NCBI GenBank assembly: GCA_964349825.1
Contig: CAYGHM010000002.1
Location: forward strand, 620 to 64,619
Source of the DNA: an uncultured Gammaproteobacteria bacterium
Lineage (GTDB): Bacteria; Patescibacteriota; Patescibacteriia; Magasanikbacterales; UBA922
Length of the DNA stretch: 64,000 nt
Direction of reading: 5' to 3'
In this document: positions 7,903 to 18,175 of the stretch, piece after piece
Layout: each line of letters starts with the position of its first letter
Position numbering within the stretch: the first letter of the stretch is position 1
The notes under the pieces: generated by a model
Told to the model about the DNA's origin: nothing
The model's database searches: none
What the model saw: only the letters and a program-made list of their open reading frames with translations
Translations under genes and position numbers: made by a program

Positions 7903-8808
7903 TTATTTTATCTGCCGAATTTTATCCTTAAAGACATCCAATTTCTTGTTTTCTGGGTTGACTCGGCGCAAGCGCTGATACCCATCTTCTGCAATGTCTT
8001 TTCGCCCACATAATACACTAATTTCAATAAGTCTGTCAAGATATCTTGGATTTTCCGCTTCCAGCTCGACCGCCTGACTAATGGCCTCAAGAGCAGCTGA
8101 GTATTGTTCTAACTCTGAAAATAAATTTGCCAATCGAAAAAATCTTGGAGAAAGACCATCATTTAGCAAAATTGCCTCTTGAAGATATTCAACTGCAGCA
8201 GTCAAATCTTTTCTTTGCTCTGCCACATCGGTAAGACGCACATAGGTCAATTCATCGTTTGGATCAAGCTGCAAAAGAAAATTATACGTTTCTTCTGCTT
8301 CACGATATTGTTCTTGCGCAAAATAAACATCGCCAAGCCCACGATATGCATCTTTATTTTTCATATCAACCCGAATTGCAGCAATAAATTGCTTTTCAGC
8401 ATCCTCATACCGTTCTTGTTCATATGCCGCCATACCTTCCTGGATCATCCAGCGCAACTCATCTGGAGTAGCAACAGATACTTCTTCCGCATTACCCTTC
8501 TCTTCTTTTTTTCTCTGACCTTCTTCCTGCACTCGTTTCTGTACTTTTCCCACGATACTTCGAAATAAATTCTGACCCCTCTCGGCGTGTTGCTTAATAG
8601 GATGAAGACGTTGTGACCAGGTGTCACGTGCTTTAGAAATTCGTTCCTCAGCACGACGTTTTACTAATTCATCTTTTTTCTTTTCTTCTTTAATATCCGG
8701 TGCATTATCAATATCAAGAAGAGTAAGTTGTGGATATTTTCGGACAACAATAACAATAATCGTAGTAAGTGATGCAATAATCAAAATGAATGGAAGCACA
8801 GTCGCCAT
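7903..8808 (-). CDS. TPR-repeat protein with N-terminal TM anchor
   Basis: N-terminal hydrophobic helix; repeated TPR-like units (AYRGLGDVYFAQEQYREAEETYNFLLQLDPND...). Confidence 0.6.
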   Translation of the reverse strand: MATVLPFILIIASLTTIIVIVVRKYPQLTLLDIDNAPDIKEEKKKDELVKRRAEERISKARDTWSQRLHPIKQHAERGQNLFRSIVGKVQKRVQEEGQRKKEEKGNAEEVSVATPDELRWMIQEGMAAYEQERYEDAEKQFIAAIRVDMKNKDAYRGLGDVYFAQEQYREAEETYNFLLQLDPNDELTYVRLTDVAEQRKDLTAAVEYLQEAILLNDGLSPRFFRLANLFSELEQYSAALEAISQAVELEAENPRYLDRLIEISVLCGRKDIAEDGYQRLRRVNPENKKLDVFKDKIRQIK

Positions 8809-8818
8809 AAATAAACGT

Positions 8819-9562
8819 TTATGGAAGCTTTTCTGCTAGATGAATAATACGAGTAAATGAGTCAATATGAGTAGACGCGCTCCCAATAAGTACCCCATCT
8901 ATAGGATCTAGTGATAGATATGATACCACATTCTTTTCATCTACACTACCACCATACAGTACAGGAATCGTCATCTTGGTATATTGACGAAGTTCACGTT
9001 TGATGAACTGGTGGATTTCTGCCGCTTCGACAGAATCGCAGGCCTCACCTGTTCCGATTGCCCATACCGGCTCATAGGCAACTATCACCGTTGCATGTTC
9101 AGGAATAACAAGTCCGTCAAATAATTTCATTAACTGCTTTTTCAAACGGTACTCTCGCTTCCCTGCTTCCCGATCCTCTTTTGTTTCTCCAATACAGACA
9201 ACGGGAATAATGCCAGCATCAAACGATGCTTCTAATTTCTTACGAGCGGCTTCGTCTGTTTCACCAAAGATATGGCGACGCTCGGAGTGTCCAACCAATG
9301 CATACGAACAACCGAGCTCTTTATATATGTGCGCTGACACTGCACCAGTATAAGCACCCTTTGGTACCCATGCCACATTCTGTGCTCCTACACCAATTGC
9401 ACTACCACGACACGTGGCAATGACATCAGATGATGCAATGGAGATAGGAAAAACAACAACCGTATTCGTGCTAGGCAAATGCTCTGTCACCAATTGCTTT
9501 GCCAACATATTGGTTTCTGAAAAATCAAGATACATTTTCCAGTTAGCAAAGATATATTTCAT
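8819..9562 (-). CDS. tpiA: triosephosphate isomerase
   Basis: IFANWKMY, ALVGHSERR and IAYEPVWAIGTG are canonical TIM motifs. Confidence 0.9.
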   Translation of the reverse strand: MKYIFANWKMYLDFSETNMLAKQLVTEHLPSTNTVVVFPISIASSDVIATCRGSAIGVGAQNVAWVPKGAYTGAVSAHIYKELGCSYALVGHSERRHIFGETDEAARKKLEASFDAGIIPVVCIGETKEDREAGKREYRLKKQLMKLFDGLVIPEHATVIVAYEPVWAIGTGEACDSVEAAEIHQFIKRELRQYTKMTIPVLYGGSVDEKNVVSYLSLDPIDGVLIGSASTHIDSFTRIIHLAEKLP

Positions 9563-9587
9563 ATTTCAAGTATTAAGAGGCGGATAG

Positions 9588-10847
9588 TTAAAAGATGATA
9601 TTTTTTTCTTCTACATCTCCAATAATACCAACACGCATTTCTTTTAATACGAATAATTTTTTCGCAACTTTTTGTACATCTTCCTGGGTTACCGCATCAA
9701 TAAACGCAATGCGTTCCTGTGGAGTATATATTTTATCCATAAATAAATGCTGTTTGGCATACCAACCTGCCTGCGCACTCGAATCTTCCATAGACAAGGT
9801 TAACCCGCCATGAATATGCGTCTTCGCATCAGCAAGCTCTCGTTTTGACACGCCCTTCTCCGCCATCCGTTGGACTTCTTCTTGAATTGCCTTTATTGCT
9901 TTATTCAAATTTTTTGCCTCAAGTCCAGCGCGGATAAACACATATCCTTTGTCACGGAACGTATCCGATCCACTGCGAACACTATACGCTAGTCCTAACT
10001 TTTCTCGAATACGGACAAAAAGACGTGAACTCATAGAACCACCCAGAATCGTATTCATGACGGAAACAGCTGGATTGTGTGGATCAGTATGAGAAAAACC
10101 AGGAAATCCGAGCATGAGCTGTACTTGATCCGTCTTTTTATGCTGGATAAACAAACGCTCTTTTTTTCCACTACTTCCAAAACGAGCCGGCTCAAAAGGG
10201 CGGATTTTTGGCGCTTTTCCAACATGACCACCAAAATATTCTTCCACAATCTTTTTGGTTTCTTCGGTAATACGTCCCGCAACCACAATAGTCATATTTG
10301 CAGGATGGTAATACTTATTATGAAAAGCAAGGACCTCGTCACGCTTATACGACAAGACATGTTTTTCTGTTCCAGCAATATCTGACCCAAGCGCTCCTTC
10401 AAACATAACTTGTTCAAAGACGCTATCGATATTCATGAGTGGATTATCATGATACATCCGAATTTCTTCCACAATAACATGTTTCTCTTTCTCCATTTCT
10501 TTTGCATCAAAAACAGAATGGAATAACATGTCTGAAAGAATATCGCAAGAAATATGCGTATATGATGCGTCAGTTTTAATATAATACCCCGTATATTCTT
10601 TTCCCGTAAACGCATTATACTCTGCACCAAGCCGATCAATTTCACGGGTCAAAATAAACGAGTTTTTTCTTTTTTTTGTTCCTTTAAACATGAGATGTTC
10701 AATATAATGAGAAACACCTCGCATCTTTTCTGTCTCATAACGCGATCCAACCGGATACATGATCATGACCGTCGCCGAAGCAGTGTCTTTTTGCGCTACC
10801 AAAATAACATTTGCTTTGTTTTTTAATTGATATTGTTCGTAATGCAT
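9588..10847 (-). CDS. M16-family zinc peptidase (pitrilysin/insulinase-like)
   Basis: The inverted zinc motif HYIEHLMFKGT (HxxEH) is present, at about 419 aa. Confidence 0.8.
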   Translation of the reverse strand: MHYEQYQLKNKANVILVAQKDTASATVMIMYPVGSRYETEKMRGVSHYIEHLMFKGTKKRKNSFILTREIDRLGAEYNAFTGKEYTGYYIKTDASYTHISCDILSDMLFHSVFDAKEMEKEKHVIVEEIRMYHDNPLMNIDSVFEQVMFEGALGSDIAGTEKHVLSYKRDEVLAFHNKYYHPANMTIVVAGRITEETKKIVEEYFGGHVGKAPKIRPFEPARFGSSGKKERLFIQHKKTDQVQLMLGFPGFSHTDPHNPAVSVMNTILGGSMSSRLFVRIREKLGLAYSVRSGSDTFRDKGYVFIRAGLEAKNLNKAIKAIQEEVQRMAEKGVSKRELADAKTHIHGGLTLSMEDSSAQAGWYAKQHLFMDKIYTPQERIAFIDAVTQEDVQKVAKKLFVLKEMRVGIIGDVEEKNIIF

Positions 10848-10938
10848 ACTGAATAAACATTATTATTTTCTATCCTCTTATCATAACATGGATACCCCTC
10901 TTCCAAAAGAGGTGCGCATGCTCCAGTGATATAACGTC

Positions 10939-12318
10939 TTATCGGTTCAACTTCTCAGCAACGTACGCAGAAAGATCAGCAATAGCAATACGCTCCTGCT
11001 GCATCGAATCACGTTCACGAATCGTAATACTCTCATCATTGAGAGAATCAAAGTCAACTGTCACACAGAATGGTGTTCCGATTTCGTCTTGTCGGCGGTA
11101 ACTTTTTCCAATATTTCCACTCGCATCAAATTCACACATGTACTGCTTTTTCAATACATCAAAAATACCACGCGCTTTATCAACCAACTCTGGTTTATTT
11201 TTAAGAAGCGGCATAACAGCAACCTTGATCGGTGCAAGCGATGGCTTCAATTTCAATACAATACGTGTTTCATCCCCCACCGCTTCTTCTGTATAGGCTT
11301 CAGTAAGGAGTGCCAAAAACGTTCGTCCTACACCGACTGATGATTCGATAATATGCGGAAGATACTTTTCACTTGATTGTGAATCAGTATATCGTAAATC
11401 TTTACCGGAAAATGTACTATGCTGCGTCAAATCATAATTACCACGAGCATGGATACCTTCCAATTCTTTGAAACCAAATGGGAAATTATATTCGATATCA
11501 AACGCTTCCTTTGCATAAAATACCAAATTTTCATGCTTATGCCAGCGTAAATTTTCTGGTTTAAACCCAAGATCAAGATAATACTGCCAACGATAGTCCT
11601 TTAATTTTTCATACTCAACCATTTCCTGATCAGGTTGTGTGAAATATTGCATTTCCATTTGTTCAAACTCACGAGTACGGAAAATAAATTGACGCGCAGT
11701 AATTTCATTACGAAATGCTTTTCCAACCTGAGCAATACCGAATGGAATTTTGACACGTGAAGAATCCATAACATTCTTATAATTCACGTAGATTCCCTGA
11801 CATGTTTCACCGCGCAAATACGCCGGCTCTTTGGTCCAGTCTGAGGTAAAATTACCCAAGTTTGATTTTACCAATAAATTGAATTTTTTTGCATCACTAA
11901 AGTTGCTCGTCCCACATTTTGGACAGGTAATTTTTGCTTTATGTTCATTGAACAATGTATTTATTTCTTCTTCGGACATTTTTTCATCTGCCGCCACATG
12001 AATATCCTCAAGCAAATGATCAACACGAAGACGGCTATGACATTGTTTACACTCTGCCAAAGGATCGGAAAAACCACCAACATGTCCGCTCGCTTCCCAA
12101 ATCTTTGGGTGCATAAAAATTGCGGAATCAAGACCGACAATATCATCACGATATTGTACCATCCATTTCCACCATGCCGCTTTAATATTATTCAATAATT
12201 CAACGCCGTATGGGCCGTAATCATACACAGCAGCAAAACCACCATAAATTTCTGATGATGGAAAAACAAAACCGCGGCGTTTGCACAATGAGATGAGTGT
12301 GTCGATTGATACAGACAT
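10939..12318 (-). CDS. glyQS: glycine--tRNA ligase, dimeric glyQS type
   Basis: MSVSIDTLISLCKRRGFVFPSSEIYGG...; class II aaRS motifs; 459 aa. Confidence 0.9.
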   Translation of the reverse strand: MSVSIDTLISLCKRRGFVFPSSEIYGGFAAVYDYGPYGVELLNNIKAAWWKWMVQYRDDIVGLDSAIFMHPKIWEASGHVGGFSDPLAECKQCHSRLRVDHLLEDIHVAADEKMSEEEINTLFNEHKAKITCPKCGTSNFSDAKKFNLLVKSNLGNFTSDWTKEPAYLRGETCQGIYVNYKNVMDSSRVKIPFGIAQVGKAFRNEITARQFIFRTREFEQMEMQYFTQPDQEMVEYEKLKDYRWQYYLDLGFKPENLRWHKHENLVFYAKEAFDIEYNFPFGFKELEGIHARGNYDLTQHSTFSGKDLRYTDSQSSEKYLPHIIESSVGVGRTFLALLTEAYTEEAVGDETRIVLKLKPSLAPIKVAVMPLLKNKPELVDKARGIFDVLKKQYMCEFDASGNIGKSYRRQDEIGTPFCVTVDFDSLNDESITIRERDSMQQERIAIADLSAYVAEKLNR

Positions 12319-12498
12319 AAAAAAATAAAAAAGACCCTTACTAAAGGTCTTGGGGTCCCTGAGGTTATCGGGACGGTTCCACCCAAGCTCCCCCCGATTA
12401 CACGTCGGGAGACACTTTTATGATTGTCAGACTACTCGGAAGGAGCCACCCTTCGTCACTGCAGTCACTTATTACTATAGAGAAAGCAGAACAATTTG
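12319..12498 (-). promoter_or_regulatory. putative glycine T-box leader with intrinsic terminator upstream of glyQS
   Basis: On the minus strand the RNA reads ...GCUUGGGUGGAACCGUCCC... (T-box-like AGGGUGGNACCG; the UGGA bulge is complementary to tRNA-Gly UCCA). A GGC-containing loop lies upstream. The hairpin AGACCTTTAGTAAGGGTCT plus a U-run ends 14 nt before the ATG. Confidence 0.5.
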
Positions 12499-12954
12499 TC
12501 AACTTTTCTTTTCGGTATCAAGAATCAGTGTAAGTGGCCCATCGTTCACTAATGCAATATCCATATATGATCCAAATCTCCCAGTTTCCACCTTTACACA
12601 GGTCTCACGAAATCGACGCACCATGTATTCATATAATCGATTCGCTTGTTCAGGTGGAGCAGCATTAGTAAAACTTGGCTTTGTTCCCTTTTTACAATCA
12701 CCATACAAAGTAAACTGAGAGACAACCAAGAGATCCCCGCCAGCATCAATAATATTTTTCTCCATAAAACTATCTGATTCAGCATCAGAAAAAATGCGCA
12801 ATTTTATTATTTTTTCAACCAGCCAATCAGCGTCTTTTTCCGTATCAGCATGAGCTATCCCTACAAAAAGAAGCAGCCCATGGGAAATTTTCCCTATGAC
12901 AGAATCATTAATAGATACTGAGGCATTTTTTACTTTTTGCAATACGATCTTCAT
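12499..12954 (-). CDS. dtd: D-aminoacyl-tRNA deacylase
   Basis: MKIVLQKVKNASV...SQFTLYGDCKKGTKPSF...NDGPLTLIL; the start was taken at the internal MKIVLQ. Confidence 0.85.
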   Translation of the reverse strand: MKIVLQKVKNASVSINDSVIGKISHGLLLFVGIAHADTEKDADWLVEKIIKLRIFSDAESDSFMEKNIIDAGGDLLVVSQFTLYGDCKKGTKPSFTNAAPPEQANRLYEYMVRRFRETCVKVETGRFGSYMDIALVNDGPLTLILDTEKKS

Positions 12955-13009
12955 AAAAATGGAAAAGGCTAAAGTAAACACTTTAGCCCACAACTCTTTT
13001 ACTATTACT

Positions 13010-13561
13010 TTAAATCGTAGTAATCTCTATCTCCTTTTCCTCTCCGATCGCCCTTACTTTATCATTATATTCTTTTACTATTTTTTCCACAGCATCCTGC
13101 ATTTTAAATTTCTCATCCTCACTAATCTGTTTATCTTTTTCCGCTTTTTCAATTGCTTCGCGTACATCTTCGCGTACTTTGCGAAGCGTGATGCGAGCTT
13201 GTTCCAATTTCGTATTTAATACTTTAATCAATTCCTGACGTCGTTCGTGAGACAACTCTGGCAACGGCAGACGAATCATTTTTCCATCATTTACTGGATT
13301 AATACCAAGATTTGAATCACGAAGTCCTTTATCCAGGGCCTGGATAATACTTTTGTCCCATGGCTCAATAGCAAGTGTTTTGGCATCAAGAACAGAAATT
13401 GATGCAAGTGCTTTTACCGGCTGACGCATACCATAAGCTTCAACAACAATATCTTCAACAATTGCAGGTGTTGCACGGCCGGTACGAAGACTTGTGATAT
13501 CATGTTTCAAATGATCGATTACTTTATCGAACTCGGGTTTATGTTGATTGACAATAACCAT
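13010..13561 (-). CDS. frr: ribosome recycling factor
   Basis: LRTGRATPAIVEDIVVEAYG...IRLPLPELSHERRQELIK is the RRF signature. Confidence 0.9.
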   Translation of the reverse strand: MVIVNQHKPEFDKVIDHLKHDITSLRTGRATPAIVEDIVVEAYGMRQPVKALASISVLDAKTLAIEPWDKSIIQALDKGLRDSNLGINPVNDGKMIRLPLPELSHERRQELIKVLNTKLEQARITLRKVREDVREAIEKAEKDKQISEDEKFKMQDAVEKIVKEYNDKVRAIGEEKEIEITTI

Positions 13562-13703
13562 ATAAAAAAATTTAAGAGATGGGAAGCTGTAGATAGAAAA
13601 TATAGAGAAAAATCACCGTGTTGTCAAGTAGAACGCAGAAATGAAGAATCTGAGGAAGGCTCCCCAGATTCTTTCTTCTTATAGGTATGTTCTTTCTTAT
13701 TTC

Positions 13704-14789
13704 CTATTTTTTTGGCGGAATAGCAAAACCTAGGTAAAGATAATCTTTCACTGGATGTGTTCGCATGGTAATCGGAACTTGTCCGGTTGGAAGACGTTTG
13801 GTGGTCCAATTCTTGCCACCATCTATACTCCGATAGAATGTTGATCGACTAAGATCTTTCAATGTTGCGGTATAGTACATTTCCTGATCATTTTTTGGAT
13901 TGACCGCAAACGAGTAAATATTTACGCTTCCTGGAGGAGTAATGAGATCAATAGGTTGCCACGTATCTCCCGCATTAATTGAATAGAGAATACCGTATGT
14001 AGATACCCAATAAATAACATTTGGTTTTGTCGGATGCATGACAAATCCGCGGTATTCAAGTGCGCCTGAATAATCTTTGAGCGTATCAGCAAGCGGTACC
14101 CAAGTGACGCCACTGTCTGTGCTGCGGTACAAACCATTGTCACGAGTCACAATATATAATTGTCCTGCCTTAAGGCGATCCGCTTCAATATGGGTAATTC
14201 GACTGTCAAATCGCTGAAGCACAGTCCAACTTTTTCCTCCGTCCATACTCTGCAACAAATTTCCATTGTCTTCACCCATGAACAAACGATATGGTTCAGC
14301 ATGTTCGAAACGGAGTGCTTGAATCAACACACCACTTCGTGATTCGCGATATACTTCTTCATACGTACGACTGCAATCATTGCTACGGAATACCTGATTT
14401 CCATTTGTTACATAAATCGTACATTTATCTTTTGGATGTACGGCAACACTGTAAATAAAACCTGATTGTAAAATAGGATCAGTTGGCCGTTGCCATGTAC
14501 GCCCATCATCATAGGTATAATACATTCCCTGCGCACGCGTTGTGAGATACATCGCATTAGGATCTTGCGGATCTTCAAACATGCGGTAAACATTTGCATC
14601 GGCAATACTTTTTATCCCATCTGCTTCTGGAAGCGCAGTGAGATGATTCCAATTTTCTCCTTTATCCGTTGATACAAATACACCGGCCACCCCTTCGGTG
14701 GTTACTTTATTTCCACCAAGAGATACACATCCCTGACCAACAAGTAAGAGCATGCTCATCATAATGACGAGACTTTTCCACGTCGACAT
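13704..14789 (-). CDS. secreted BNR/Asp-box repeat protein (Ycf48/sialidase-like beta-propeller)
   Basis: Signal peptide plus six SxDxGxxW Asp-boxes (STDKGENW, DDGRTW, SMDGGKSW, STDSGVTW, SINAGDTW, SIDGGKNW). Confidence 0.7.
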   Translation of the reverse strand: MSTWKSLVIMMSMLLLVGQGCVSLGGNKVTTEGVAGVFVSTDKGENWNHLTALPEADGIKSIADANVYRMFEDPQDPNAMYLTTRAQGMYYTYDDGRTWQRPTDPILQSGFIYSVAVHPKDKCTIYVTNGNQVFRSNDCSRTYEEVYRESRSGVLIQALRFEHAEPYRLFMGEDNGNLLQSMDGGKSWTVLQRFDSRITHIEADRLKAGQLYIVTRDNGLYRSTDSGVTWVPLADTLKDYSGALEYRGFVMHPTKPNVIYWVSTYGILYSINAGDTWQPIDLITPPGSVNIYSFAVNPKNDQEMYYTATLKDLSRSTFYRSIDGGKNWTTKRLPTGQVPITMRTHPVKDYLYLGFAIPPKK

Positions 14790-14801
14790 AGGCCTAAAAA
14801 A

Positions 14802-15755
14802 TTATGGTATACGCAATAAAATTTGTTCAATAAGGAGACGAGGATGAATATTTTTTGCAATCAGACGTTCCGCACTCACGATACTATTATCAATATCGAG
14901 TACTTGGCTGCGAGATACACGAGGCACACCCTCTATCTCATGAATAGATCGGTCATCCTCTTTTTCTTGGTGCATCAATATGTCTCTCAGAAGTAAACGC
15001 CAGGTACGAAGGACGTCTTTTATTTCCTCGCGAGCCTGAATCGCATCAGTCTTATCCCCAAACAAGGAATCAACTGAAGACAATTTGTCATGAAATGTTT
15101 TTCCAAACAATTGCATGAACCGATGTACCTCTTCTTTGTAGCGCGCAAATTCATCACTAGTATGATACCACGAAATTGCCAATCCGGGGAGGCCTCTCGA
15201 TAAACGAGCAATATCTTCCGCTTTGTTTTCCTCTGCGCCCTCTATTTTTATCTGCTGTGCAATCAACATTGGGTCAACCGGAGCAAATCGAATCATGTGG
15301 CAACGAGAACGAATGGTAGGAAGCAAAAGCGCTTCGTCCGTGGTTAAAAGAAAAAGATGACTATTTGGGGACGGCTCTTCTAGCGTTTTTAATAATGCAT
15401 TCGATGCACTTGTACTCATTCTATTCGCCTCGGGAATAATAACAATTTTATGTCCATGTGCTTTCAATGCACTCCGCGCCATAAAAAGCGCAACGTCTTT
15501 CATTTGATCAATAGAAATATCTTTTTTTGTTTTTCCTGTTTTTTCATCTTGCAATCGTTCGACTATGAGCGCATCCGGAGATGCCCCCACGCGATCACTC
15601 GACGTGCCAAGAAGTACCCCTGCTAAATGACGGGCAACCCGTTCTTTTCCCACATGCTCTGGCCCAATAAAACAATACGCATGACCAAACATCCCCGCTT
15701 TCTGCGCTTGTTCCAATAATCTAATAATTGTATCGTGGCCGATGATAGTATTCAT
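14802..15755 (-). CDS. holB: DNA polymerase III delta-prime subunit
   Basis: HAYCFIGPEHVGKERVARHLA (Walker A-like) and LLKTLEEP; about 317 aa. Confidence 0.75.
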   Translation of the reverse strand: MNTIIGHDTIIRLLEQAQKAGMFGHAYCFIGPEHVGKERVARHLAGVLLGTSSDRVGASPDALIVERLQDEKTGKTKKDISIDQMKDVALFMARSALKAHGHKIVIIPEANRMSTSASNALLKTLEEPSPNSHLFLLTTDEALLLPTIRSRCHMIRFAPVDPMLIAQQIKIEGAEENKAEDIARLSRGLPGLAISWYHTSDEFARYKEEVHRFMQLFGKTFHDKLSSVDSLFGDKTDAIQAREEIKDVLRTWRLLLRDILMHQEKEDDRSIHEIEGVPRVSRSQVLDIDNSIVSAERLIAKNIHPRLLIEQILLRIP

Positions 15756-15769
15756 AATAGAGACATCAT

Positions 15770-15854
15770 AACATGCGAATTACGAATAATACCGAATTAC
15801 GAATATATATACTTTGGTAATTCGTTATTCGTCCCCATTCGTAATTCGCATGTT
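15770..15854. mobile_element. MITE-like repeat copy B (short, 85 bp) between the GT4 stop and the holB start
   Basis: aacatgcgaattacgaat...attcgtaattcgcatgtt: perfect 18-bp TIRs with an internal ccgaattacgaat/attcgttattcg subrepeat. Confidence 0.55.
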
Positions 15855-15856
15855 TT

Positions 15857-17065
15857 TTACATACCAAGCAGTACTTTTTTTGTCGCATCTGCACTAGCGC
15901 GCCAAGAAAAACGCGTAACTTCTTTATATCCTTTTATTATTGCAGCCTGCTGCAGTTCACGATCTTGCATAAACATATGCATTTTTTTCATTAATTCATG
16001 CACATGAAATGCATCGACATACGCAATAGCATTTCCTCCCACTTCTTCCAAACTATTCTCACGTGAGGCAATCACCGGAACCCCCACTGCCATGGCTTCC
16101 AGAATTGGCAACCCAAACCCTTCATACAAACTGGGAAAAACAAATACTTCGGCTCCAGCTAACAAATAAGGGATATGAGATTCTTCCACCCATCCAGTTT
16201 TAATAATATCAACGCTATGAACGCTTCCATTTATTTCATCCACCACTTTTTTATATCCAACACCCGGTTTCCCTGCCAAGACAAGCTGCACGTCATTATT
16301 AGGATATACACTTCTCATCTGGTCAAACGCTTTCACCAACCGCCACGTATTCTTTTTTTCTTCCAAACGGCCAACAGTCAGTATATAGGGTTTGGTAATG
16401 CCATATATTTCTTTTACCCGACGTATTTCTTCGACATCATCCTTCACCTCTTTTCTAAATACGCCCACATCATACGCATGTGGTACAACATAAATATGTC
16501 CAAATAATTTTTTTATTTCTTCGGAGACAACATCATATCCTCTATGAAGCGAAGCGTCTTTGCTTTCATGTTTTATTGCTTTAATGGTTTGATGACGACA
16601 AAGTCTCACCAGCTCATCGCGAGTAAAATAACTTGGTACAATAATACGCCACAAATTTCTCACCGCCACTTTTGCCGACCAAATACTGTACCATCGTTCA
16701 AACCATGTATACACAATTGGAAAACGAAAAGCCGCGACATCATGAACGGTCATGACTGTTTTTTCAGGATGAATAATGGGTGCCACATGCGCAGGAATAA
16801 ATAATACATCTGGGGCATGAAATACCATTTCCATACTCAACCGTATTTGTGTCCAAAATCTTTTTGGCGGCCATACGAGTACTTTCGATTGCCAATTTTC
16901 TGGTAATACAGCAAGTTCACCCACAAGTGGTTCTCTCGAATATAAAATAACCCGTACAGTGGACGGGATACTTTTTTTCAATTCCTGAATTATATGAAAT
17001 GCATAGACTTCCACACCAGTCTTTTCCGTATGGTTTGCCCGAGATGCATCAATACCTATTATCAT
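15857..17065 (-). CDS. family-4 (GT-B) glycosyltransferase
   Basis: The C-terminal motif VFVFPSLYEGFGLPILEAMAVGVPVIAS is typical of GT4. Confidence 0.8.
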   Translation of the reverse strand: MIIGIDASRANHTEKTGVEVYAFHIIQELKKSIPSTVRVILYSREPLVGELAVLPENWQSKVLVWPPKRFWTQIRLSMEMVFHAPDVLFIPAHVAPIIHPEKTVMTVHDVAAFRFPIVYTWFERWYSIWSAKVAVRNLWRIIVPSYFTRDELVRLCRHQTIKAIKHESKDASLHRGYDVVSEEIKKLFGHIYVVPHAYDVGVFRKEVKDDVEEIRRVKEIYGITKPYILTVGRLEEKKNTWRLVKAFDQMRSVYPNNDVQLVLAGKPGVGYKKVVDEINGSVHSVDIIKTGWVEESHIPYLLAGAEVFVFPSLYEGFGLPILEAMAVGVPVIASRENSLEEVGGNAIAYVDAFHVHELMKKMHMFMQDRELQQAAIIKGYKEVTRFSWRASADATKKVLLGM

Positions 17066-17074
17066 AGAGTGGGG

Positions 17075-17145
17075 AAGAATTTAGAATAAAGAATGAAGAA
17101 TCAAATGTATTTTATTCTCTATTCTAAATTCTTATCTCGTTGCCA
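17075..17145. repeat. GAATAGA/GAATGAA-type palindrome (family copy 3)
   Basis: gaagaatttagaataaagaatgaagaatc...tattttattctctattctaaattcttatc. Confidence 0.55.
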
Positions 17146-18139
17146 TAATACTACGCTTATAATTCTCAAGATTTTCAAGCGCAATACCCGTCCCCTTTGC
17201 GACACACAATAATGGTTCGTCTGCTACGTAGCACGGAACGCCTGTTGCCTGAGAAATCAATTCATCCAAATTGCGAAGTTGAGACGATCCACCACTCATG
17301 ATAATTCCCTTATCAATAACATCGGCAGATAATTCCGGCGGTGTTTTGTGAAGCACGTCTTTCACCGCTTCGATCAATCCTTCCAAATCATGTTGAAGCG
17401 CTTGCGTCACATCATTTGAGGTAACAGAAATCATTTTTGGCAAACCGCTTGCCATATCACGTCCTTTTATTTCCATTTTTAATGGGTTATCCATATACAT
17501 GGCTGACCCAACCTTAATTTTTAAATCCTCAGCCGTTCTTTCTCCGATGGCAAGCCCGTGCATACGTCGAATAAATTCACCAATTGATGCATCAAATCGA
17601 TTACCACCAATACGCACTGATCCACAAGACACAATACCACCAAGAGAAATAACCGCAATTTCGGCAGTTCCTCCACCAATATCAATAATCATATGTCCGC
17701 TTGCACTTCCAATAGGAATATCAGCACCAATCGCTGCAACAATAGGTTCTTTAATAATGTATGCGGCGCGTGCGCCTGCCATCATGGCTGCATCAATAAC
17801 AGCACGACGTTCTGTGGAAGTAATTCCCGCAGGAACCGCAACCATTACTTCTGGACGAAATAAACGAATACCACCAAGCGCTTTGTTAATAAAATAACGA
17901 AGCATGGCTTCTGTTGTGTGATAATTCGCAATCACCCCATCTTTTAATGGCCGTTCTGCGATAATGGTATCTGGCGTTCTTCCAATCATCTCTTTTGCTT
18001 CTGCACCCACCGCCAATACTTGTCTGTCATCTCGAGAAATTGCAACGACCGACGGTTCATTAATCACAATACCGCGCTTTGGAATATGTACCAAAACATT
18101 TGTCGTCCCAAGATCAATTGCTACTTTTTTAATCCACAT
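17132..18139 (-). CDS. mreB: rod-shape determining actin homolog MreB
   Basis: IDLGTTNVLV, PSVVAI and MIIDIGGGTAEIAVISLGG are actin-fold motifs. Confidence 0.9.
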   Translation of the reverse strand: MWIKKVAIDLGTTNVLVHIPKRGIVINEPSVVAISRDDRQVLAVGAEAKEMIGRTPDTIIAERPLKDGVIANYHTTEAMLRYFINKALGGIRLFRPEVMVAVPAGITSTERRAVIDAAMMAGARAAYIIKEPIVAAIGADIPIGSASGHMIIDIGGGTAEIAVISLGGIVSCGSVRIGGNRFDASIGEFIRRMHGLAIGERTAEDLKIKVGSAMYMDNPLKMEIKGRDMASGLPKMISVTSNDVTQALQHDLEGLIEAVKDVLHKTPPELSADVIDKGIIMSGGSSQLRNLDELISQATGVPCYVADEPLLCVAKGTGIALENLENYKRSIMATR

Positions 18140-18175
18140 AAATATTTCTAAAATTGTAGTGATCTACGGTCTATT

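Noticed and set aside
12192-12718. Small ORFs 12192-12386(-) and 12350-12718(+) over the glyQS leader and the dtd gene
   Set aside because: They overlap a structured leader and a well-supported dtd gene on the other strand.
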